A stretch of DNA of 63,608 nucleotides, filler included, from Bigelowiella natans CCMP2755 (Eukaryota > Protista > Cercozoa), in NCBI GenBank assembly GCA_000320545.1. It is 8 parts of 8 records of this genome, joined end to end, with 100 filler letters (N's around TTAATTAATTAA, not from the genome) between each part and the next. Parts side by side here need not be neighbours in the genome. Positions count along the whole stretch, not along the records: positions 46,786 to 62,343 come from ADNK01000886.1; 7 more parts are not named here. One strand, 5' to 3'. Position 1 is the first letter of the stretch. Every line of letters begins with the position of its first letter. The notes under the pieces were generated by a model, which worked only from the letters and a program-made list of their open reading frames with translations, did not search any database and was not told where the DNA came from. Of the stretch, positions 47,452-58,663 are shown one piece after another. The translations under genes were made by a program, and so were the position numbers.

Positions 47452-48425
47452 AGATGTCCTTCCGCGTTATTGTTATTGTCATATAAGCGAGGGTTGCACT
47501 TTACACACTCTAGCACTGTGAATGACCCTTGCAAATTTAGGCAGATACGGATATCTGATAAACATCTAGACATCTAGAGTAAGCGTACTGATTTGTCACA
47601 TTGTCATGGACGCATGTACTGCAAGTATGGCGTTGTGTTGCTTTTTGCATCGGACGCGTGCCACCGTTTATAAGGACATTACGCTAGCACGCGCGATACA
47701 ATCTAGCAATGCATGTAGCCCCAAAGTTTGCTAGAGATAGATAGGTGCGTACGAAAAAAATGAACTATAGTCTATGCCTTGTAAATCTACATGTGCCGCC
47801 GCATTGTATTGCACATCTACATTGGGATGACTATTGTAAAAATGTAATCTTGTCATTATACATCCGTCTCACATGTGCATTGAAAAATAGCTGCTACACA
47901 GCGCACAAATAACATATAATACGCGCAGAAGCCAAGCTAGCAAGTACGATACGTTTAGCATGCATAAATTGCCTGCAAATTATGTGTAAGTTTATAATGT
48001 ACTGACTGACATGAGAATACATATATACACATAATATGTAAACATATATTTATATGTATAGCCATTGTCTCCTTCTGGACTATGGGTATTATAAAAGCGT
48101 GCAGGCAATCATTATCCTGCTTATGTGAATAACTACGCAATGATCTCAGCAATTGCTCTTTCCTCCTTCTGAGTAGGGATTTCCGCCTCCTCATCTGCTG
48201 TATTACTACCACTACAAGTAGTAGCAGTACTACTACTGCAGCTGCTGCGGTTATTGCTGCTACTGCTATTTATTAAAATCTCTTCTTATGCAGCTTCTGT
48301 TGCTAGTGCCTTTCTATCTCCTGTCCTACGAGAGGCGATATGGCGGGTTTTATTGAGAAGTTGACGGGGTGGGGGGGGGAGGGGGGCGGGAACGCTCGGA
48401 CTGCTCCTTATGACGATGACTATGA

Positions 48426-50687
48426 TTAAACGGTATACATGTAAGCATTATCAATGAAGTGCTGAGACGCTTGTCGTGTTTTTGGGCTGTGCAGCAGCTT
48501 GAACAGCAGCAGCGGCGGCGGCGGCTTGCCTTCCAAGTTTATGGGCTGCTCTCTGCTCCGCCATGGCTTCCTTCTCCTCTTCCTCGTATCCGAGCTCTGC
48601 CTCCGTTTTCCCGGTGACTTGCTGATTCCAACCTGTCGTCTGTTCTTCATTCATTTTATGACGCCTCTTCGCCTTCTTCTTTCTCTTTTCCTCCTCCTCC
48701 TTCTCCTCCTCCTTCTTCTGCTCCTTCTCCTTCTTCTCCTCCTCCTCCTCCTTCTTCTCCTCCTCCTCCTCCTTCTCCTCCTCCTTCTTCTCCTCCTCCT
48801 CCTCCTCCTCCTTCATTTTTTCCTCCTCCTTCGCTGAATGCTGTGGAGATGGCGCCGGGAAATGAGGATGCGGTATTGGCGATGAAAACGAATGGTGAGG
48901 GTATGGCTGAGATGACGATGACGACGATGATGATGATGATGATGATGAGGGGGGGGATGATGATGATGATGATGATGACGACGACGAGGAAGGATGATGA
49001 TAATGATGATGATGATGATGACGGCCGCTTTTATGGATAACGTCTGCATGAGCTGTCGCTCTAGAGTGTGACGAAGATGAGGAAGAGGGGAAGGGGGAGT
49101 GGAAATGGGGGCTGCTGCTGCTGCTTTTACGGATGATGCCAGCATCAGCTATCGCTGTAGATCTTCGTAAATCACTTACAATCTCCTTGGCTGTTGACTC
49201 CGTGAAGTTTTCAAAGGTCGGACCGTAGCGCTTGATTGTTTTCTTAAGGTATTTCATCGACTCCTCGCTTGCATTCTCAACGACTTCTATGATCTTCCTG
49301 GCGGTATGCTCTGTGTAGTTGCGCCAGGAGGGGCCATTCTCCCTTATCTTCTCTCGGACGTAGCGTACGGCGTCCTCGCTCGTGCGCTCGATCGCTTTGA
49401 AGAGGATCTTGCTGGCCCGTTCCGTGGAGTTGGCGACGGCCGGGCCGTCCCTATGCACCGCCTCTTCGACGAATTTCATGGCTCCTTCGGTCACGTTCTC
49501 GATGACATGCACGGCCCTCTCCGTGGTCGACTCGATCCAGTGCTCGAAGTCATCGTCGCTATTGTCGTCGCTATTGTCGTCGTCGTGACTCCCCCCCCCC
49601 CCCTCCTCCTCCTCCTCCTTCTCCTTTTGTCGTTGCCGGAGCCCGTGCGCCCTCCTCGATGGTGAGGGGCCGATTGATGATAATAATGATGATGATGGTT
49701 ATCCTGACGCCCCTTCGTCGTTCCCCTTGCCGTCCTGCTGCTGCTTCTTCTACTCGACGTTGTTCTTCGGGGGTTGCGTCCTCCTCCTCCTTCCTTGTTC
49801 TTCCCCTCGTGCGAAGTTGGGACGGTAGATGACGTCTTACTCGTCGCCCTACCCCCTTGTTCATTCGACCCCTTCCTTGTTGCTTCCCTGGGAGGGGGAG
49901 GGGGAGGAGGGGGAGGAGAGGATGGTTGGTTTTTCCCTACTTGCCAAGGCGGCCAGTTTAACCGCGGTAGCTTCTTTTTTGCCTCCGAAGGAACCATCGG
50001 AGCTAGATGCTTGCGCAAGGATTCCCCTTGGTCGTCTTCTTCAGCGGGAAGAGCGATACTAGGCTCCACTGGCTCCCTCCCCTCCTCCTTCTCCCCCTCC
50101 TCGTCGAGAAAGGGGAAGAAGGTGGGCGGGGAGTAATAGGAAGAGGAGGAGGAGACTGGATACGAGGAGGAGGAGGAGGAGGGTACAGGTGGAGACTTTC
50201 CGTTATCGTCCCCACCCACACCGTTTGGGTTGTTTATATTCTCGTCTGCTTTGGTAATATTTCCAATAATCTCCTGCAGATGCCTCATCTCCTCGATATC
50301 ACCAGAGTCGCTATTCAATGTCGCATTGAGCTCGGCCATTGTCTTACTCTCACTTCTCCCTTCCCGGGCAGATAAGTGCATACCTACATCCTCGGTATGC
50401 AGCGGATCTGCTCCTAAATGATGGTCTGATGGGTTGCTAAGTGTGCTTCCGCGCGACAATACTACCAGGACAATCAGCACCGCCATTATTGTTCCGACAG
50501 CAGCCGAAAACTGCCGCAGCGAGTCGAATCCCACTCTATCTCCTTCCTCTCTACGAGTTGCTACAGCTGCTGATCGTGCTGCCTCACTGTCGTAGAAGGT
50601 ACCATATCCTTCTCCTTCGCCTTTTCGCACTCCTACCCACGATCCCAGCCCCCCCCAGCTCAGAAACTCCAACGGGGTTGGGGGCAT
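48426..50687 (-). CDS. Single-pass membrane/surface protein with low-complexity tracts and 37-aa helical repeats; frame break probably from a homopolymer error or an intron
   Basis: Hydrophobic segment AAVGTIMAVLIVLVVLS in ORF 49491-50687; ORF 48451-49512 holds GP...N.TE repeats and S/H/E/K runs. Confidence 0.55.
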
Positions 50688-51820
50688 TTTAGCTGGGCGA
50701 CGGATTCACCGGCCAATATCGAGAGCAGAGAGGCAGAGAACTAAAATACCTTTTTCTTGCACAAAGAAGGAGGGGAGCCAAAATCAAGTAAGCATGGGCA
50801 AACATAGAATGGGAAGGCCGTACTACTTAGAACCAGCGTTTGACGACTTTAAAATAGAATATAAAAGAGACTTCAATGCCCTTTCTATACAAATATAGAA
50901 TAAGGGCTATTTTTCTACTATCAAACGCAGAGTAGTACTATGCCAAGAAGAATTGCAATTTTTACTTTTATATGCATGGGGAAAGTTTTTAATAGCCGTT
51001 AGCCCACCGCGATCTGGGCGATTTGGAATTTTGGTACGAGTCTCAAATCGCCCCCTTTTCTCGATGGACTCAAAAACACGAAGAAAATAAGATAGGGAGA
51101 AACATCGAACCTTGGGATAAGGGGGTGGCAAGTAGAAGACGGATCCTGTGCTCAACCAAGTGCTTCACCCCCCGGGTGTCCCTCTTAGAATGCACTGCTT
51201 TGTTTCTTTTGGAGGAAACTTCCCGAAATGTTCATGTCGCAGTCGACAAATCGCCCAAATATAGTCTCGAAATTAGGCCTACCTGAGTCGCACAAGAAGA
51301 AGTAGTACGAAAAGAGAGTTGGCGCGAGTGCATCCTTCCAAATAAAAGAGTTTGGCAAACATTTCCAGCTAGAAACATCCTAACGGATCTTTCTGACTCC
51401 GGCGGCCCAAATTCCGGATTCCGACCGATAACAGAGCAAAAGCACCCGTTCGCGATTTCCAGGATTTTCCCAAGAGAAACAGTCGCAAAGTTGCCGGGTG
51501 GGACACGGGAAGTTGGGAATCCCGCCTTTCAACACCTGTTTGTCGCACTTCGAGGGGTGTTGACCGAAGTGTTGTCGCAGTCCAAGAATGCCATCTGTTC
51601 TTACCGCTGTTTACAAAGTTTCCGGGTTGTTCTTCGGATGTTGGACCTTTTACGGCCAGAGAAAGTCAATTTATTTTTCGGGATCTTCGCCAGTGAGAAA
51701 CGCTGGCCATTTACTTCGTTCGGTAATCCTTTTCGCATTCGAATTTAATCGAAAACCGCCGAGCGAGGAAGTTCGGAAATCTGGATTGCAACGATTACCA
51801 GCAGTCTGCACTGACGAACG

Positions 51821-53830
51821 ATGCACGAGCAGGGCCTCCTAGCCCGAGCCGGCTCCCCTTTCGTCCTATCTACACTGGTCCTACTCTTCACGCAGTCTGA
51901 GGCTTCGACTATCACCCGAGCGAACCAGATACGCGGTTCCAACCACTTTACGGTAAATCGTTGCTTGATGACTTGGCGCTCCCCACTCGAACAACTACTA
52001 CTCTTGTGGAATTATGTATCGTTCCTCCGTAGGTTCCCACCCGATCACGATGGATGCGAAGGCTTCCCCGGGGAAATCGATTTGGGAGGCAGGGTGGAGG
52101 AAATAAAATCGCACGGTAGCGTTCGCAACGACACCACTACGACACCAAAAAGAAGTTTTCCACCGAAACGGAAGGAACAAAAAAAACACCAATGCCTTGA
52201 GCTTGAATTGTTCCGGTTGGAACTAAAATACCCGGGAAACAACATTTATCTACGCATCGTCTCTACCTAGTTAACTTTGATCTATCCTTATTTGTTACCA
52301 TGCCGTGATATCAATCAGGGCAAACCTGGCCGATATGTTCGGATCGTTGTTTCAGCAGTCTTCTGAGCAAGTTGGATCCGGGATGCAGCTAGACACGCTC
52401 CCCGCCCCCAATCTCCGTGCAGCTCTGGGGTGGCCGGAACTTAGTGCAAAGGCGCAAACTCTAATCGATGAGGACAAGGCGCTCAAAGAGAAAGTGGAAG
52501 CAGAGGAGGGCCTCGGAGCCGAGAGAAGCGAGATGGCGCAGCCACGTGCAACACTCCGTCTGTTCGACGCCCCAGGTTGTATATCTAACATTTCCAGTTT
52601 TGATTGATACTGTAGCTGATTCGAAGGATCGAATCGTCGTTTGCGGACCTGCATCGGTTGCAGGCTTGTGCAACAGTCACGCATGCGGATGATGTCTCCG
52701 ATGTAGTGAATAAGATGCCTCCTCTCACTCACTACCCGTTATTTCTCCTCGTTTTAACAGCCGGGACAGAGCCTGAGGTCACATTGTATCGGGATTCTGC
52801 CTCTTGGTATCCTGATCATAATACATTGTTTATATTGGTCATGCAAACACACACACACACACACCTACACCGTAATTCATTTAAAGTCTTACCTCAAAAA
52901 TCTGCGCTTCTTAATGCATATCATGTCTGGCCGTGTTGGGCCTTCTGGGGGGGGGGCTCGGGCTCGTCTGCTTTGTTATGATCGAGCGCAATCATAGGTG
53001 CCCTTACTGCGAGAAGGTCTGGCTGCTGCTGGAGGAGAAGCGAATTCCTTATCGCATCGAGTTTGTGCCGATGTCATGCTACGGGCGCAAGCCAGAGGTA
53101 GATATAGATCTCTTCGCACGGATAGAAACCTCACTGCCGAAAACACAACAAATGTCACACGCATTGATATGCGGCAGACGCACAAACGCAAGCTCACACA
53201 TTCGCATCCATCTCTATCTAACAGTCGTTCCTGAAGATCCAGCCGTCAGGAGGGATCCCTGTCGCCATGGTTCAAGGCCGCATTTTACCTGAGTCCAATG
53301 ATATCTTGGATGAGATCGAGAGAGTTTATACAGGTAAATGTGTAGGTGTGTGTGCGTGTGTGCGTGTGTGCGTTGGTTACCTCACCTCCCTGCCCGATCT
53401 ACCATCATCAGAGAAACCAATGATCCCTTTGCTGGACTCGGAAGAGGGCCGGGCATTCCAACCTATGCTTCGCCTTGAACGTAAGGCTCCAGATCACTCA
53501 CAGCACGATACGACAGACGCACCAGTGGGCACATATAGAATCATGATAGATGAGAACGTGTGAAAGCGCACGGCTGCTCTGCTCCCACTGCTGCAGGGGA
53601 AACACGCGTTTATCTCAGAATTTTCCCCGAGATCATTTCGCTCTTACTACCGTCGAAACTCAAGTGATTGAGTCCAAAGAAATCAATATGCGGTGCCAGC
53701 TGCTTCTGGCTACTCCGTCACCAGTTCTTTCCATAATCCAACAGGACGACTGTTTTCCGCGTGGTTCGGATGGCTCGTTGCTGGGTTCGGTGAAAGCGAG
53801 TTTATGAGCGCGGTCGGTTCTTACTATACC

Positions 53831-53885
<55 letters not shown>

Positions 53886-54103
53886 GAGGTGAGGGGGGGG
53901 GGGGGCAAAGGAGATGATTAGCCTATAGGTGCGGGTGTGTGTGTGTGTGTGTGTGTGTGTGTATTATGTCCATTATCTTTCTTTCTCTTGTGCAAGAATG
54001 GTAACGTGTATGGCGTGTGTGGTAGGCTGACGAGACAGAAGCGACGCTATCAAAGTTTGAAGGTCCGTACTTCCTCGGGAAAGAGGTGAGCAGCGCTATG
54101 GGA

Positions 54104-54160
<57 letters not shown>

Positions 54161-54369
54161 GTGCTGCATCACTTTCCTTCGATGCATATTTACACACGTT
54201 TGGTTGTTGCTTGCTATGGTGTCATTCAAAGCTTTCACTCGTGGATATCATGTTCGCCCCCTTTCTCGAGCGAATGGCTGCCAGCCTTCCTTACTACAAG
54301 GGACTCGTGTTTCGAGGAAATCCAAGGTTACTGCACCCAACATTTCTTTAAGGGGCGGGGGGGGGAGGT

Positions 54370-54429
<60 letters not shown>

Positions 54430-57203
54430 CCCCCCCCCCCCTTCCAATCCCCCCTCCCTCCTCTCAAACCAATTCCCAAAGCTTTCCTTTCCTCTCTCAA
54501 TTACGCATAGGCAAATCATCTCGCTCCTCCTCTCATCTTTGTAATGATTTCCCACCCTATTATTGCACGTATGCGCTATTTTCGCAGGTGGCGAAATATC
54601 GAGCGGTGGTTCTCCGCGATGGAGCAGAGAGCGTCTTTCAAAGGCATACAATCAGGTCATAGCAGCAGCAGCAGCAGCAGCAGCAGAAACTCAGCGTGGG
54701 CAGTGTGGCTTTTGAGATCGCAGATAATATTTATATTTTAAACTTAATTTTCTTCTTCTTCTTGGTCCTCCTCCTCCTCCTCCTCCTCCTCCTCCTCCTT
54801 CTCTCCCCTCATGCAGATTACTACACGCACGTACACGCCTTGCCGCCACAGGTGAGCTGTTCTTACCAAGACACCTTAAATGACAGCATCGTGATCATCA
54901 GCCAAATCACAATTATGCGTGCGTGCGATGAGTTATCGATTTCTCGTTAGCCTCTGCTACTACTGTTGTATTCTCGTTGAAGTCTTAATAATTGATGCCT
55001 ATGCTTCTGTCCTTCTTCACTGGCTCTGTTCGCTCCCATTCTCCACCCCGCCCACGTCCGTGTAACGCAAAATGTTGTAACGCCTTTCCAAAAAAGATCG
55101 GGGGGTGCAGATTCTCGGGGGACTACGAACTCTACAAGAATGACATCGACGGCACAGCGGGACAAAGGTCAGACAATGCACACGCGCGTCCATTCCTCTT
55201 ACAAATACGAATAATCTCCGGTGGCTTATAGCTCTCCCCCTTCCCTTCCCCCGGTTACCTATCACCATCACAGCTGGCGAGTACCCCTGTCAGACGCTGG
55301 GGGAGTCGAGCCAGTGAGGATGGCCGACCAGAATCAAAAATGGGCACGCGTTACCGCAGCGAAGGGTATCGTGCAATGCTACAAAGCAGGGGCAGAAGCC
55401 ACGCACCGAAGAAGAAGAAGATGATGATGAAGGGGGGGGAGGGGTCAACTGGGGAGTAGGAAGTTGGCAAGAGAGTGGGAGAGCAAGGGAGCGAGTACGA
55501 GATAGGGGAAGAGCAGCATAGAGTTCAAAACAACCAAGAATCTGTATTACTCCTGCGAAATGTAACTTCCTTCTCCTGCTGCTCCTTTCCCTCCTCTCCA
55601 TGCCCCTTTAGCTCTGATATCAGGGCATCGAGCAGTGGCAAAGTTCGCGACGCGCGCCCTAGGCGAGGTACTCGACTACTCAGCTGTACTACAATTACTA
55701 CCTCCACCTCTTCTTCAGTATGCTCTGTTAAGTGGTGACCTGTTTTCCGCATTGCGTTCGTGATTGCCACCCCCTCCCTCATACCCTTGCTCCTTCCTAC
55801 TCCTACTCCCTCTTCCTCCTCCTTCTCCGCACCGCCACGTTCTCCTCCTGCCTTGACCTCTCGCCCCCGTGTCGATATTTTGTACGCAGAGCGGACGCGG
55901 CGTGAGTGCTCCCTTTGCCGATCCGTAAGTTGGCGCGCTGCTTCTGCATGAGAGGAGAGGAGACCAACCATGCGCCTCTGCGTATGCTTCTTTTGAAATT
56001 CTTATCTTCACTTGAGCCCCGTTTTTCTTCCTCCTCGTCTTCAGCTGTTCGCAAGCATTTATGATGGGAAGTAGTTCGGGTGTCTCTTCTCCTTTTTCTG
56101 AGCAAATGAGAAGCAGTAGGTGGTGGGTGGGAGGGGGGCGTCGCCATTCGGTGACCACCCATGGCTAAGTCGGCCATCATCCATCATCGTCATCAGCATA
56201 ACCATGATCAGGTTTCGTAAGTCCGAGCCGCGTATGGAGCTTCACGTGGACCTCGCTCTTAGGGTAAGTCATCGGTGGCGGCACAACGGCATCATCGAGT
56301 GTCATGCTAGTTGTCGCCAGTTGGGAGAGCTAACGATTGCAGGAGGGAGAGTTGTTTGGGTTGGGAGATCGCTTCTCGTACGTATCAGGAGCGTAGTAAC
56401 ATGATGGCGGTAGTTTGATAGAATGCCTGGTGACGTTTGGCATCAACCGGACACTCTTAAGGATAGATACATGAGCACGTACACGTGTCATGCTCCATCT
56501 CGCACACCAGCGCCCTTTTTTCTTGCCATAACCCCCTTGCAACCTACATCTGCATGCCTTCTTCCGGGGGCGGTGGGGTGTACAGATCGTAGGCGAGGCG
56601 ATGCTTCACGGTGACGAGGCAGCGAAAGAGCACGTCGCCAAAATGGTGCTGATGATTGATGATGTCACACGAGAAATGATGATGATTCCGCTGCAACATT
56701 GCAACTCTTACGGCAACTAGGAGATGATAAGCATGATCTATCTTCTCTTCTCTCTTGCCGCTTACTTTCTAACCATCGTCTTTTTGGTAACTATGCGTGA
56801 TGAGTGTAGACCGAGATGAGCAATCTTCCAGGAAAGGAAACAGCCGAGTGCCTAATGTATCTCAGGGACCGAATCGGGGTCAGTCGGGAAGAGGGGTGGG
56901 GAGGGGAGGATAAGATGAAGGAGGCCCAGGGAGCGTAACGAAGAGTACTGTTTCCTTTTTTTTTTGGTTGTGAAAAAGTAGAAATTATACCGTTTATCTG
57001 GGTTTTGATGCATGTGTTTGTCTCTGTTTCCTCCGACTTTTACATGAGAGTCTCTCATCGCAAGACGATTTTATTGCTGCTTGCTGCTACTACTGCTGCT
57101 GCCGTATCTTTCTGATGTCGACTGGTAGGTTCCGCGAGATATGAACTTTGCACAGGCGCGACAGCTACGTGCATATATTAACCTGGTCGTCGACGCTTTA
57201 TAA
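51821..57203 (+). CDS. Glutathione S-transferase (algal/cyanobacterial CPYC type), probably plastid-targeted
   Basis: VTLYRDSASW|CPYCEKVWLLLEEKRIPYRIEFVPMSCYGRKPE|FLKIQPSGGIPVAMVQGRILPESNDIL; GPYFLG; FSLVDIMFAPFLERMAASLPYYKG; DYYTHVHALPPQ; YLRDRIG|VPRDMNFAQARQLRAYINLVVDAL*. N-terminal hydrophobic leader. Confidence 0.9.
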
Positions 57204-57654
57204 TGAATGATGGCGACTGACAATATTCTAGATTCTGCCAAGTAAAGGGGGTGGAAAACAGTGTGGAACAATCATAACGTAATTAGAGTTGTCTCAAGAG
57301 TGTACGGCAAGCATTTGCCGGGATATTCAATCAGTAGTAGCGGTGGTAGTGGTAGAAGTAGTGGTAGTAGTAGTGATAGTGGAAATAGTAGTAGTAGTAG
57401 TAGTAGTAGTAGTTGGTAGTAGTAGTAGAAATAAAATGTAGCACGAGGAGTAGAACTGGCATGCTGAAGGGAAATTGGAACCTCGATCATAGATATTGCG
57501 TTAGCTTTTATGCTCATTTTTCTGCGCATCCAGTTGTGTGAACAATGAATGAATAGGTGTTGTAAGTTGTAGCCATGTAGGTGAAATCAAACAAATACTC
57601 ATCGTTCAACAAGAATAAATATACAGATTACACACCTGTAATTTACCTAAGTTC

Positions 57655-58295
57655 TTTGGATGATGTGCATGTGTGACATGTTCCGTTGTCCGCCACTAAG
57701 TCGTCATGCCCAGCATCTGTGCAACGCAGGATGTGTAGGCAGTCTAGCAGTGTCACAAACACCTAGACGCATGCGCTCGCTCATTTTCGATTGTTGTTTG
57801 TCAGTGACCAGCACTTGTGAGCATGCCAAAGTCGATGAATCCTGCAACTAGACTGGTTGGATGCAGCGCACACGAGTGGCATGCTAGCATGCCAGCATGC
57901 ACGCACACCACACACACACGCTGGCTAGCTCGGTGCTAGCACGCCACACACTTCTCAATGGGACGCGATGTTTTGGCTGTGAGATGCATGTGAGATCTGT
58001 GTTTGTCTAGATGTGACCATTGCTGCGTTGTGCTTTCCAGCTGCACAGCACTAGCTAGCTAGAGCTAGAGAGCTGTCCATTACACTGCTAGACTGGCAAA
58101 CCCATGCTGTCTAGCTGTGCAGCTGCGCGCACACATCGCACAGTCCAGAAGTGCGTGCACGTGATTGCGAAATTTTGCAGTGACGAGAGACATGGACACC
58201 ATGCGCAAATGTGTGTTGATCGCACCGATTGCGCGGAGGAAGTGTGTGAATCAATGGATGAATGTGAGCGCTGGAACGCTAGAACGGTTCCGAAA
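57655..58295. other. TpA-depleted, strongly CTAG-enriched tract upstream of the LTR
   Basis: About 17 TA in ~635 bp, 14 of them in CTAG. Confidence 0.8.
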
Positions 58296-58349
58296 GGGTG
58301 TAGCGCGTACCACTACGCGGGCACAAGTCACGTGCGACAACAAAGGGGT

Positions 58350-58624
58350 TGTCGCGGATATAGAATATAGATAACGTAGATATTAATACAGCATAGGCAC
58401 GTGGGTTCCGGCGGGACTCATGGCAGCACACCGGAAGTGTGCTGCCCCACGTGCGGCGGCATTCGCGAAAGCTTCGCGAATGATTACGCAGTGCACGATT
58501 TAATAAAAATATAATCTTTAATAAAAATAAACACAACTCTTCAAAAGGAAGCAAACGTGCCTTTCCCCCCCCCTGCCTACTTGTGCACGTAGCGCCTCGG
58601 CCTGTGAACACCTTACGCGCAACA
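58350..58624 (+). repeat. Putative 5' LTR (~275 bp)
   Basis: Starts TGTCGCG and ends CGCAACA (imperfect inverted termini, TG...CA); contains AATAAA signals; PBS follows 5 nt later. No second LTR is available to confirm the 5' boundary. Confidence 0.65.
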
Positions 58625-58629
58625 ACCTT

Positions 58630-58647
58630 TGGCTTCCACACACGGGA
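58630..58647 (+). promoter_or_regulatory. Primer binding site
   Basis: TGGCTTCCACACACGGGA is complementary to a tRNA-like 3' end ..TCCCGTGTGTGGAAG-CCA (G discriminator; possibly Glu or Asp, not determined). Confidence 0.75.
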
Positions 58648-58663
58648 AACGATTTGACTAACA

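Noticed and set aside
49491-49950. Programmed frameshift between the two overlapping minus-strand ORFs
   Set aside because: The break lies among homopolymer and low-complexity runs; a sequencing error or small intron is simpler.
58397-58490. HDV-like or hammerhead ribozyme in the LTR
   Set aside because: No recognisable P3/L3 or catalytic core consensus on either strand.
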